Shown: piece by piece, positions 28,254 through 37,768 of the stretch | Position numbering within the stretch: position 1 is the stretch's first letter | How the letters are laid out: each line of letters begins with the position of its first letter | Source: Candidatus Aminicenantes bacterium | Lineage (GTDB): Bacteria; Acidobacteriota; Aminicenantia; Aminicenantales; Saccharicenantaceae | Length of the DNA stretch: 61,163 nt | Assembly (NCBI GenBank): GCA_013178315.1 | Contig: JABLWX010000007.1 | Location: 1-61,163, forward strand | Direction of reading: 5' to 3' | Notes under the pieces: model-generated | What the model was told of the DNA's origin: nothing | What the model saw: only the letters and a program-made list of their open reading frames with translations | Database searches by the model: none | Translations under genes and position numbers: made by a program

Positions 28254-29594
28254 TCAGTCGGATTCAGCGGCCAGCTCGCCGTGCAGGCTGTAAGGCCCGC
28301 AGCCGGTTATTCTGACTTGAACCATCCGGTTGCTGACATCTTTCTCCGAGCGAAAATTGACCACCTGGTAGCCCTCGTTCCGTCCGGCGTAAAGATTACC
28401 CTTTTTGCTGGCTCCCAGGCAGAGCACCCTGACCGTCCGGCCCACCAGACTGCGGTTGAACTCCAGCTGAATTTCTTTCTGCCTGGTCTGCAGCCTGACC
28501 AGGCGGTCTATCTTGACCTCTTCGGGCACGTCATCTTTCAGCCTGGCTGCGGCCGTCCTCGGCCGCGGGGAGTAGCGGAAAGAAAAGATGTTGGCGAACC
28601 GGATTCTTTCCAGAAGGTCCATGGTCTGCTTAAAATCTTCCTCGGTCTCGGTGGGAAAACCGACGATGAGGTCGGTACTCAGGCTGATGTCCGGAAGCCG
28701 GGATTTCAGCCGGTCAATCTTTTCCAGGTACTCGGCCCGGGTGTACTTCCGGTTCATCATTTCCAGGATGCGGTCGGAACCCGACTGGAGCGGCAGGTGA
28801 AGCTGGTGGCAGACCTGCCTGATAGAAGCCATGGCCTCGATGAGCTCCGGACCGAAATCCCTGGGATGGGAGGTTATGAACCGAATCCACTCGATCCCGG
28901 AGATGTCGGCCACCCGGGCCAGCAGCTCGGGCAGGCCGGCCCCGGTTTCCGGGTCGCGGTAGGAGTTAACGTTCTGTCCGAGAAGCTGCACTTCAAGGTA
29001 GCCGCGCCCGGCCAGGGACCTGACCTCTTCCAGGATGGAGCGAAGCGGCCGGTACTTTTCCCGGCCCCGGACGTATGGCACCACACAGAAGGTGCAGAAG
29101 TTGTTGCAGCCTTCCATGATGGTAACGTAGGCCGAGACCCGGCTGTCGCGGGCTTCCGGGACGATGGGCAGGTCGGTCCAGTCTTTTTCCCAGGCGGTCA
29201 GGACCCGTCTTTCATCCTGAATGTTTTTCAGGATGAGCGGGACGTCGGCGTACTGGTGCGGCCCGGCCACCAGGTCCAGGTAGGGAAACTTCTTCAGCAG
29301 TTTTTCCCGGTAGAGCTGGGCCACGCAGCCCAGGCAGGCCAGGACCGCCCCCCGGCTTTCCTTCTGGTCCTTTAGCCGGCCCAGGTAGGAGAAAAGCTTC
29401 TCCACGGACTTTTCCCTGACGGCGCAGGTGTTGACCAGGATGAAGTCGCTGTCCTCCGTGCTCCGGGCCGGCCTGGCCCCGGCCGCCAGCAGCAGGCTGG
29501 CCAGGTGCTCGGAATCGTTGACGTTCATCTGGCAGCCGAAGGTATGAATGTAAAAAGTTTTTCCGTCCAGCATCAGCTCACCGGTCTTTTCCAT
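28254..29594 (-). CDS. miaB: tRNA methylthiotransferase MiaB
   Basis: TFGCQMNVNDSE, NTCAVRE, GCNNFCTFCVVP radical-SAM motif, HLPLQSGS, TRAM C-terminus. Confidence 0.96.
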   Translation of the reverse strand: MEKTGELMLDGKTFYIHTFGCQMNVNDSEHLASLLLAAGARPARSTEDSDFILVNTCAVREKSVEKLFSYLGRLKDQKESRGAVLACLGCVAQLYREKLLKKFPYLDLVAGPHQYADVPLILKNIQDERRVLTAWEKDWTDLPIVPEARDSRVSAYVTIMEGCNNFCTFCVVPYVRGREKYRPLRSILEEVRSLAGRGYLEVQLLGQNVNSYRDPETGAGLPELLARVADISGIEWIRFITSHPRDFGPELIEAMASIRQVCHQLHLPLQSGSDRILEMMNRKYTRAEYLEKIDRLKSRLPDISLSTDLIVGFPTETEEDFKQTMDLLERIRFANIFSFRYSPRPRTAAARLKDDVPEEVKIDRLVRLQTRQKEIQLEFNRSLVGRTVRVLCLGASKKGNLYAGRNEGYQVVNFRSEKDVSNRMVQVRITGCGPYSLHGELAAESD

Positions 29595-29847
29595 CGCTTG
29601 AGCAATTATTATAGCTTAAACCGGGTTAGTTGGTTATGGGGGCAGCAGGGCCCATCACCGATGATAGGGTAGAGTTTCTAACCAGGACAGTTTAAGCACC
29701 AAAGGTTCTTAAATCAACATTTAAGGTTCTGGATGGAAGCGGCTTTGAAAATTAATAAATCAAAAAAATTAATAGGGTCTATATTGAATGGAAGTTTCCG
29801 GCGGCCCGGCTGTCTACCGGTTTTATAAATCTCGGGACCTCATCCGT

Positions 29848-31530
29848 TCAGTTGCGCCCGGAGTTCTGCTCCAGGAGTTCCCGGGCCATCTGCAGGCTGG
29901 CCTCGGTCAGCCTGGTGCCGGCAATGAGGCGGGCGATTTCTTCCGGCCGGTCCTTATCCCGCAGTTTTTTCACTAGGGTGTAGGTCCGGTCTTTTTCCGT
30001 TTTCTTTTCAATCCGGAAGTGATGGCTGGCGGCCGAGGCGATCTGTGGGAGATGGGTGATGCACAGCACCTGGTGGCGGCGGGCTAACTGCTGCAGTTTC
30101 TTGGCCACGAAGTCGGCCGTCTTCCCGCCGATACCCGAATCGATCTCGTCAAATATGAGCGTCCGTCCCCTTTCGGCCTCTTTTCCCAGCGACTTGAAGG
30201 CCAGCATGATTCGCGACAGCTCTCCGCCGGAGGCGATCCGGCGCAGCGGCCTCAGTTCTTCGCCCGGGTTGGGGGAGAGGATAAATTCCAGCTCCTCGGC
30301 TCCCAGGTCGCGGATGGTGGAGGGGGCCTCGAGCGATGGCGACAGCGGCCGGAACTCCACCCTGAACCGGGCCTTGCCCATGGCCAGCTGCGCCAGCTCT
30401 TTGACGATGAGCTGCTCCAGCTCGCCGGCCCTTTCCTGGCGAAGCCTGGTTAGCTGGCCACACAGCCGCCGGTAGTCGTCGAAGGCGGCTTTTATCTCCC
30501 CCTCCAGGTCCGACAGTTTTTCCTCGCTTTTCTCCAGCTCTTCTTTTTCTTTCCGTATGTTTTCCAGGTGGGTCAGGATTTCTTCTATGCCCGGGCCGTA
30601 TTTTCTCTTCAGCTTCTCGATGAGGCTCAGCCTTTCTTCAATTTCTTCCAGCCTCTGGGGCGAGGGAGCATACTTATCGCGCAGGTCGATCAGGTTTCCG
30701 GCCAGCTCCTTCAAGAAAATATTGAAGTCGGCCAGCTGCAGGCGGCTTCCTTCGAGCTCGGGAAAGAAACCCTGTAGCTCGGAAACGATGTTTTCCACTC
30801 TTTTCAGGCCGGCCACCAGCGACTCCTCGCTTTCGTAGGAAATGTCTATGGCCTGGTTGACCAGGATGGCGATTTTTTCCGAGTTCTTCAGGATGGCCCG
30901 CTCCTGGAGTAACTCCTCGTCTTCGCCCGGCCGCAACCCGGCCTGCTCGATTTCCTTGACCTGGAAATTTATGAAATCAAGCCGCTGGGCCCGTTCCTTC
31001 TGCCGGGCGGTGAGTTCTTCTCTCTGGCGGATAAGGGCCCGGACCCGGGAAGCAGCCTGCCGGACCTTCTCTTTTAGCTCCGCTGCCTCGGCGAAGTCGT
31101 CCAGGAATTTCAGGTGGTTGGAAGTATCCAGCAGGAAGATGTGGTCGTTCTGCCCGTAGATATCTATCAGCAGTTCGCCCAGTTCCTTGAGCTTCTTGAG
31201 CGGGACCAGCAGGCCGTTGAGGTAGGACTTGCTCAGGCCCTGGCTGGAAATTATTCGCTGCAGGAAAAGCTGGTTCCCGTTTTCCAGTTCGAGGTCTTCC
31301 GGCAGGGACTTGCGATCCTGGACTTCAAACACGGCTTCTATAGAAGCTTCGTCCTTGCCGGTGCGGATGAGGTCGGCCTGGGCTTTCTCTCCGAGCAGGA
31401 GCTTCAGGGCGTCGATGATTATTGATTTTCCCGCACCGGTCTCCCCGGTCAGGATGGTGAAGCCGGACTCCAGCTCCAGCTCCAGGTCTTCGATGGTTGC
31501 CAGGTTCTTAATTCTTAGGTAGCGAATCAT
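29848..31530 (-). CDS. recN: DNA repair protein RecN
   Basis: LTGETGAGKSI, NPGEELRPL, ASGGELSR, FDEIDSGIGG, ITHLPQIA. Confidence 0.97.
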   Translation of the reverse strand: MIRYLRIKNLATIEDLELELESGFTILTGETGAGKSIIIDALKLLLGEKAQADLIRTGKDEASIEAVFEVQDRKSLPEDLELENGNQLFLQRIISSQGLSKSYLNGLLVPLKKLKELGELLIDIYGQNDHIFLLDTSNHLKFLDDFAEAAELKEKVRQAASRVRALIRQREELTARQKERAQRLDFINFQVKEIEQAGLRPGEDEELLQERAILKNSEKIAILVNQAIDISYESEESLVAGLKRVENIVSELQGFFPELEGSRLQLADFNIFLKELAGNLIDLRDKYAPSPQRLEEIEERLSLIEKLKRKYGPGIEEILTHLENIRKEKEELEKSEEKLSDLEGEIKAAFDDYRRLCGQLTRLRQERAGELEQLIVKELAQLAMGKARFRVEFRPLSPSLEAPSTIRDLGAEELEFILSPNPGEELRPLRRIASGGELSRIMLAFKSLGKEAERGRTLIFDEIDSGIGGKTADFVAKKLQQLARRHQVLCITHLPQIASAASHHFRIEKKTEKDRTYTLVKKLRDKDRPEEIARLIAGTRLTEASLQMARELLEQNSGRN

Positions 31531-31565
31531 CCTTCAGCCACAACCGGGCCGCATCCAGCTTGTCC

Positions 31566-33002
31566 CTATTTCACTATCTTGAACGGAGACAGGGCCCGCT
31601 CGGTGTTGATCCGACCGTAGCCGGCATAGTCATCGCGGCCCGCAGTTTCGATATCGTCCGGGGTATACTTGATGAGCTTCATGATGTCACCCGGGCTCAA
31701 CCAGGGCTTACTGGCCTTGACCAGGGCGGCAAAGCCGGCCACGTGCGGCGCAGCCATGGAAGTGCCGCTGGCAAAGGCGTAGGGCAGGTAACCCGGCTCG
31801 GTCATGGCCAGGGGAATAGTGCTCAGCACCCAGACCCCGGGGGCGGTCACGTCCACCTCCGGCCCGCTGTTGCTGAAATCTGCCACAGCGTCGTTGTAAT
31901 CGCTGGCCGAGACTGCCAGGCAGAACTCGTCGTAGGCGGCCGGATAGAGCACACCGGCCAGGCCATCGTTTCCGGTAGCGGCTACCAGGACAATTCCTTT
32001 ATTGAAGGCATATTCCAGGGCTGCCCTCAGGGCCTGGTCCGGCTGGTCGCCGCCGACGCTCATGTTGATGACCCCGACCTTGGCCTGTCCCGAACTGTAA
32101 TCGGCAGCCCAGATCAGGGCTTCGATCAGGTCGGAATAATCACCCTCGCCCTCGGCCGAAATAATCTTCCCGGGCAGCAGGCGACAGTCCCAGGCCACCC
32201 CGGCAATACCCTCGGTGTTGTTGGTGGCGGCGGCGATGATGCCGGCCACATGGGTCCCATGCCAGTGGTCGTCCATGGCATCGTTGTCATCGTTTATGAA
32301 GTCTCGGCCGGTGGAAATTACCTTGCTGGCCAGGTCGGGATGGGTGTAATCGATCCCGGAATCCAGCACGGCAATCAGCAGGTTGGGGTCGCCCTTGGCA
32401 AAGTCCCAGGCCCCGGTGGCCTTGATGTCGGCCCGGCTCTTCCCGGTCGGGCTGCCTGGAATCTGCAGGGTGCCGCCTGGGTTGTAGAGGGCATACTGGT
32501 AGCGAAATAGCTGGTCGTTGGGCTGGGCGGCCAGCCGCAGCTTGTAATCAGGCCCGGCATAGAGCACGTCCGGGTTATTTTTCAGGGCAGCCAGGGTTTC
32601 TTCAACCGTGGTGCCCTCGCCAATTTTCACCACGTAAACATTTATCCTGGGAATCAGCTTGAAGTCGCGAGGCTGGTAAGCCCGGAGAATGTTCTCGGTT
32701 GACTGGGTTGTGAGTTCGGGCTTGAACTTGACCAGGACCTTTTCCGAAGAATACTTCGGTCCCGCGGGCTGGCCCACCGGCTGGCTGATGGCCTTGATCC
32801 TGGCCGGCGGAGCCGGGTTCAACCTTGACTTCAGGGCCTCTTCCAGCCGGCCGGAAGATTTCTGGCCGGAAGCGGCCAGCCTGTCCTTGAGCTTGTTCTG
32901 GGCCCCGGATTGAGTGGTCGTGATGACCAGGGCCAGGGCCAGCAAGATTGATATAGCTACCGGCAAAATCCGGTATTTTTTCTTGAGGTTGGTGGTAGCC
33001 AT
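31566..33002 (-). CDS. Exported S8 (subtilisin-like) serine peptidase
   Basis: Signal peptide; catalytic triad VLDSG / HGTHVAG / GTSMAAPHVAG. Confidence 0.94.
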   Translation of the reverse strand: MATTNLKKKYRILPVAISILLALALVITTTQSGAQNKLKDRLAASGQKSSGRLEEALKSRLNPAPPARIKAISQPVGQPAGPKYSSEKVLVKFKPELTTQSTENILRAYQPRDFKLIPRINVYVVKIGEGTTVEETLAALKNNPDVLYAGPDYKLRLAAQPNDQLFRYQYALYNPGGTLQIPGSPTGKSRADIKATGAWDFAKGDPNLLIAVLDSGIDYTHPDLASKVISTGRDFINDDNDAMDDHWHGTHVAGIIAAATNNTEGIAGVAWDCRLLPGKIISAEGEGDYSDLIEALIWAADYSSGQAKVGVINMSVGGDQPDQALRAALEYAFNKGIVLVAATGNDGLAGVLYPAAYDEFCLAVSASDYNDAVADFSNSGPEVDVTAPGVWVLSTIPLAMTEPGYLPYAFASGTSMAAPHVAGFAALVKASKPWLSPGDIMKLIKYTPDDIETAGRDDYAGYGRINTERALSPFKIVK

Positions 33003-33023
33003 CTCTGTCCTCCCTTCCAGACC

Positions 33024-33812
33024 TTAGAAACCGTAATAGATACTAACTCCGCCGCCGATTCCTGTCTTCGAGCCCGGAAAGATCCGGACCTTCGGAACGA
33101 GCGTGATCCTGTCCACCAGGAAGAAGCTCCAGCCGGCGGTGATGGAGACATAGCTTGAACCCTTGAGGTCCACGGTCTGTTCGCCTTCCAGGTCTTCAAT
33201 TTTTTCTTTCATCTTGAAATTGCCCCAGAAATAGGAGCCGGCCACTTCCAGGAAGGGCTGGCTGCCTTCGAGGGCATCATAGGTGACCCTCAGTCCGCCC
33301 GTAGCCTGCGACCAGGAGGGGCTGACCGTGGCGGTCCCGGGCACCACCAGCCCCGAAAGGGCAAAGTCTTTCTTGAATCCCAGGTAAGAAGCGAATTCAG
33401 CCATCAGTCCAAAATTAAAGTCAGAAGCCGGAAGCAGCCTGGCCTCGGCCCTGGCTCCAACGAGCAGCCCCGTGATACTTCCGCCCTGGTATTCGAGGCT
33501 CAACGGCAACTGGTCAAAGACCAAGCCGTTGGGCCGGGGCAAACCCAGTCCGCCAAAAACGCTCAGGTTGAAGATATTTCCCAGGTTTCTGGCCCGGAGC
33601 TCCAGCATCAGGTTGGTGGCTTTAAGGGTGGAGGTCTGGTCGGCCCATTTTATCCCGCGGGCGTAGAGTTCACCGGTCAGCCCGAATTCCCAGGCCGGCC
33701 GGTTCTGGTCCTGGGCTCGAAGGGCCTGGCTGCCTGCCGAAAGCAGTCCCAGGACCAGGCTGACCACCAGGAACCCGGCCAGCCTTTTTGCCTTTCTGGA
33801 TCTTTCTTTCAT
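33024..33812 (-). CDS. Probable outer-membrane beta-barrel protein
   Basis: Signal peptide, alternating amphipathic strands, C-terminal SIYYGF. Confidence 0.6.
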   Translation of the reverse strand: MKERSRKAKRLAGFLVVSLVLGLLSAGSQALRAQDQNRPAWEFGLTGELYARGIKWADQTSTLKATNLMLELRARNLGNIFNLSVFGGLGLPRPNGLVFDQLPLSLEYQGGSITGLLVGARAEARLLPASDFNFGLMAEFASYLGFKKDFALSGLVVPGTATVSPSWSQATGGLRVTYDALEGSQPFLEVAGSYFWGNFKMKEKIEDLEGEQTVDLKGSSYVSITAGWSFFLVDRITLVPKVRIFPGSKTGIGGGVSIYYGF

Positions 33813-33823
33813 CGCATCCTCCC

Positions 33824-34660
33824 TCATTTTGTTGGCTTCGCCGGCTGCGCGGCTTTAGTGGCTTCACTCTTTTTAATCAGCTCAATCGATTTTATTCTTT
33901 TCTGGGCCTGCTTGACAAACTTGCTCTTCGGATAGTCCGAGATGAGCTTGGTGAAGTAGGGCAGGCTCTCGTCGTATTTCCTGGTCTTAAAGTAGCAATC
34001 GGCTATGTAAAAATACACGGCATCCAGGCGCGGGAAGTCCGGGTAGGTGGTGATGATGGGCTGCAACCGGTTGAGGGCTGCCCGGTAGGATTTGGCCTTG
34101 TAATAATATTCGCCGATAACGAGTTCGTGGGTGGCCAGGCGGTTCTCGCAGTCCTTGATTTTTTCGGTGGCCTGGGTGGCATAGTCGCTGCTTGGATAGC
34201 TGGCTACCACCTTCTTGAATTCGTTCAGGGCCTGGACGGTCTTGGTCTTATCCCGGCCCGGTTTCAGGATGCCCTTGTAATAGGTCATGGCAATCTGGAA
34301 CTGGCAGTAGGGGACCGAGGGACTGGTTGGATAGAGGCTCATGAATTCCCGGTACTCGGCTGCAGCCAGGATCAGGTTGGCCTCGTCGCCCTTGCTGAAG
34401 TAGGTATCGGCGATGAGCAGCTTGGCCCGCTGGGCGTAGAAACTGCGGGGAAAGGAATCCATCAGCTGCCGGAGAAAGAGCAACCCCTTTTCAAAATCCT
34501 TCTTGATGTAGGTCTCTCCCAGCTTGTAGAGCGATTCGTCTGAAGCCAGGGTTTCCTGGGGCAGGGATTCCAGGGTCAGCGGCTTCTTGCGGCAGGCGGT
34601 GGCTCCAAAGACGATAAAAACCAGCGCCAGGAGCAGGCTCAGAAAAAGTTTCTTGTTCAT
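33824..34660 (-). CDS. bamD: Outer membrane assembly lipoprotein BamD
   Basis: Lipobox ATAC; TPRs; AEYREFMSLYPTS, RDKTKT, LATHELVIGEYY. Confidence 0.88.
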   Translation of the reverse strand: MNKKLFLSLLLALVFIVFGATACRKKPLTLESLPQETLASDESLYKLGETYIKKDFEKGLLFLRQLMDSFPRSFYAQRAKLLIADTYFSKGDEANLILAAAEYREFMSLYPTSPSVPYCQFQIAMTYYKGILKPGRDKTKTVQALNEFKKVVASYPSSDYATQATEKIKDCENRLATHELVIGEYYYKAKSYRAALNRLQPIITTYPDFPRLDAVYFYIADCYFKTRKYDESLPYFTKLISDYPKSKFVKQAQKRIKSIELIKKSEATKAAQPAKPTK

Positions 34661-34688
34661 CTTGGCTACCTCTATTACCTCTATTCCG

Positions 34689-35372
34689 TTATTTTTTTCT
34701 GCCGTATTTCTGGTTGAATTCGGCGGCCACGGCTTTCATCTTCTTTATGGTCTCAACCGGGTCCCCGGCCCCGTAGACCGAGGAACCGCAGATGGCGATA
34801 TTCATTCCCAGCTCGAACAGCGAGGCCAGGTTGTCCAGCTTGACCCCGCCGTCGACGGCAATGAGCGTCGGAAGCCCCCTGTCCGCTATCAGGCGGCTCA
34901 GCCGCTGAATTTTCTTCCCGGTGGCCGGGATAAACTTCTGCCCGCCCCAGCCCGGGTTGACCGTCATGATGACCACGAAGTCCAGGTCTTCCAGGACCTC
35001 GCTCAGCAGCTCGGCCGGCGTGGCCGGGTTCAGGGCCAGTCCGGCCTTGCGCCCGGCTTCCTTGATGGTGGCCAGGTCCTTGTGCGCGTGCCGGGAAGCT
35101 TCCAGGTGGAAGGACAGCCAGTCGGCCCCGGCTTCCAGGAAAAGCGGTATCATTTTCGCGGGGTTGTCCACCATCAGATGGACGTTGAGCGGCAGCCTGG
35201 TTTTCTCACGCAGGGCGGCCACCAGCTGGTGGCCGAAGGTGATGTTGGGCACGAAATGACCGTCCATGACATCTATGTGCACCATGTCGGCCTGGCCTTT
35301 TTCGGCCAGGGCCACGGCTTCAGCCAGGCGAGAAAAATCGGCCGATAGAATCGAAGGAGCTATGTAATACAT
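34689..35372 (-). CDS. rpe: Ribulose-phosphate 3-epimerase
   Basis: IAPSILSADF, HIDVMDGHFVPNITFG, MTVNPGWGGQ, VDGG. Confidence 0.96.
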   Translation of the reverse strand: MYYIAPSILSADFSRLAEAVALAEKGQADMVHIDVMDGHFVPNITFGHQLVAALREKTRLPLNVHLMVDNPAKMIPLFLEAGADWLSFHLEASRHAHKDLATIKEAGRKAGLALNPATPAELLSEVLEDLDFVVIMTVNPGWGGQKFIPATGKKIQRLSRLIADRGLPTLIAVDGGVKLDNLASLFELGMNIAICGSSVYGAGDPVETIKKMKAVAAEFNQKYGRKK

Positions 35373-36098
35373 TTAACGGCTGACCTCCAGGCTGATGGGA
35401 TTCCGTTTCTGGATGGGGTAGCCTCCCGGCGGGTTCTGCCTGATGATGACCCCCTTTTCCAGGCCCGGGTAGTAGACATGCCTGATGTCCTCGACCTTGA
35501 AGCCGGCCTGCTGCAGCCAGGCCGTCACCCGGTCAACCTTACGCCCTATCAGGTCGGGCATCAGGTATTTTGTCTCCGGTTCTCCCTGGCTGACCAGGAA
35601 GCCAACCGGGTGGTTTCTTTCGACCACTGTTTCGGCCGGCGGGTCCTGGGCGATTATCCTTCCGGCCGGGTAGCGGCGGTTGTGGATCTGAGACAGCGGT
35701 CCCCGCGACAGGCCCTTCTGCCTCATGTCCAGGGTGGATTGTTCCAGGCTTTTTCCGGCATAGAGGGGGACGGTGACGGACTCGCTGCCAGAGCTTACCA
35801 CCACCTGTATCTGGCGGTTGACCTTGAGGCGCGAGCCGGGAGCCGGGTCCTGGCTGAGGATGCGGCCCTGGCCGACTTCCTCGGAAAACTGGTAGCCGGA
35901 AACCGCCAGGCCGAGGTCCCGCTTCTGGAGTTCCTGCCGGGCCTGGTCCACGGTCTTGCCGGCGATGTCGGGGACATAGACCATCTCGTCGCTAAGGATT
36001 ATCTGGGAAGAGATGACCGCCCCGCCGAAGAAAAAAATCGAGACCAGCAGTAGAATGTTGATGACGTCCAGATACCAGTAGCTTTTATTGCCGGCCAT
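35373..36098 (-). CDS. Membrane-anchored triple PASTA domain protein
   Basis: N-terminal TM segment; VPDIAGK..ILSQDPAPG, IIAQDPP, MPDLIG..IIRQNPP. Confidence 0.9.
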   Translation of the reverse strand: MAGNKSYWYLDVINILLLVSIFFFGGAVISSQIILSDEMVYVPDIAGKTVDQARQELQKRDLGLAVSGYQFSEEVGQGRILSQDPAPGSRLKVNRQIQVVVSSGSESVTVPLYAGKSLEQSTLDMRQKGLSRGPLSQIHNRRYPAGRIIAQDPPAETVVERNHPVGFLVSQGEPETKYLMPDLIGRKVDRVTAWLQQAGFKVEDIRHVYYPGLEKGVIIRQNPPGGYPIQKRNPISLEVSR

Positions 36099-36329
36099 AG
36101 GTTTTGATAGTTAAGTCAAATCCGTTCAAAAATTACAGCTTTATTAATATCACATATCATTATACGAGTAAATAAGGATTGCGTTGCAGGGCAGGGCGAA
36201 GGTCCGGCTTAAAGGCGTCATTTTCCGACCGGGCCGCGGTTGTGAGAACGAACGGATGGGGTTATAATTGTTAGACCCGGGGCCGGTTCACCCGGTCGGC
36301 CCGGGCAGTTTCGGCCTGATAAATTGTTA

Positions 36330-36353
36330 ATATATGAACGTTCATTCATATAT
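36330..36353. promoter_or_regulatory. Palindromic operator-like site directly upstream of the ltaE RBS
   Basis: ATATATGAA-CGTTCA-TTCATATAT, perfect 9-bp arms; near-identical copy at 12571. Confidence 0.7.
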
Positions 36354-36365
36354 AAGGAGAACGCG

Positions 36366-37400
36366 ATGAAAGCCTTTTCAGATTTCAGGAGCGACACGGT
36401 CACCAGGCCAACCGAGGAGATGCGCCGGGCCATGATGGAGGCCGAGGTCGGCGACGACGTCCTGGGCGACGACCCCACCGTCCAGAAGCTGGAAGAACTG
36501 GCCGCCGCCATCATGGGCAAGGAGGCCGGGCTGTTTGTCCCCTCCGGTACCATGGGCAACTCCATTGCCGTCAAGATGTGGACCAGGGAGCTGGAAGAGG
36601 TCATCGTCGAGGAAAAATCTCACATCTACAACATGGAATCAACCCACATGACCTTTATTTCCCGGGTGACCCCGCGGCCGCTGCCCTCAAGGCGCGGGAC
36701 CATGGACCCGGAACTGGTCAGAAAGCACGTCCGGCTGCCCTCGGTTCATACGCCGCGGACTTCCCTCATCTGCCTGGAAAACACCCACAACAACTGGGGC
36801 GGGGCGGTCCTGCCGCTCGAAAATTTTAAGGAAATCAGGAAAATTGCCGACGAGTTCGGGCTGAAGGTCCACCTGGACGGGGCCCGGATTTTTAATGCCA
36901 GCCAGGCTTCGGGCGTGCCTGTAAAGGAATATGCGAAGCACTGCGACTCGGTGATGTTCTGCTTGAGCAAGGGGCTGTCTTCGCCGGTTGGCTCGATGCT
37001 GGTCTCCGACCGCCAGACCATAGATTATGCCCGGCGGCTGAGAAAGGCCCTGGGCGGCGGGATGAGGCAGGTGGGGGTTCTGGCCGCCTGCGGGCTCATT
37101 TCCCTCACCAAGATGGTCGACCGCCTGAAGGATGACCATGCCCGGGCCAGGAGGCTGGCCCAGGCCATACATGACCTTCCCGGAATTACCCTTAACCCCG
37201 ACGAAGTCGAGACCAACATCATCATCTTTTATTTCAACCACCCGCGCCTGACCATTCCCGAGCTGGTCAACCGCCTGAAGGAAAAGGGCATCCTGTGCCT
37301 GGCGGTTTTTGGCGGGGTCAGGCTGGTCACCCACAAGGATGTTGACGACGAGGACGTCGACCGGGCCATAAAGGCCTTCCGGGAAATCCTGGCTTCATAA
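36366..37400 (+). CDS. ltaE: Low-specificity L-threonine aldolase
   Basis: DFRSDTVTRPT, VGDDVLGDDPT, SGTMGN, HLDGARIFNA, CLSKGL, GGGMRQVG. Confidence 0.93.
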   Translation: MKAFSDFRSDTVTRPTEEMRRAMMEAEVGDDVLGDDPTVQKLEELAAAIMGKEAGLFVPSGTMGNSIAVKMWTRELEEVIVEEKSHIYNMESTHMTFISRVTPRPLPSRRGTMDPELVRKHVRLPSVHTPRTSLICLENTHNNWGGAVLPLENFKEIRKIADEFGLKVHLDGARIFNASQASGVPVKEYAKHCDSVMFCLSKGLSSPVGSMLVSDRQTIDYARRLRKALGGGMRQVGVLAACGLISLTKMVDRLKDDHARARRLAQAIHDLPGITLNPDEVETNIIIFYFNHPRLTIPELVNRLKEKGILCLAVFGGVRLVTHKDVDDEDVDRAIKAFREILAS

Positions 37401-37768
37401 ACACGGCTGGCCCGAAGCTTGAAACGGGCAGCTCAGGGATAAGGTTGTCGAGATTAAGGCAAGTTGCCGGAGATTGGGTGAGGTTGGGGAAGATTATTAA
37501 AACGCCGGGGCTCAGCCTGGTAAGCCAGGTTTCACCGGCCGGCAATTTACGTGGTGGGCTTCCTTCTGATTAAAGGGCCTGGAGATGGCGTGGTGAATAA
37601 CGAGGATAAATTTTTGGTGCAAGGGCGAGTTTATAATAAAAGGAATGAGAAAATAGATATAATACTGGCTTGCCCCTGGAATTTTAATTTGCGGTCTGAA
37701 CCAATAAAACGGCTCGGGCCCGGAATTTGCAGAGAATTCTCGAGACGAGCCAGAGCAAGGAGTTAACC

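Noticed and set aside
12549-36316. GC-rich flank similarities near the two operator copies (12549-12564 versus the reverse complement of 36301-36316, 14/16)
   Set aside because: Order relative to the operator is not preserved, and CCGG/GGCC words are abundant in this DNA.
21658-37524. GCCTGGTAAG shared by two intergenic regions (21658 and 37515)
   Set aside because: A 10-bp match without palindromic structure or further copies; compatible with chance.
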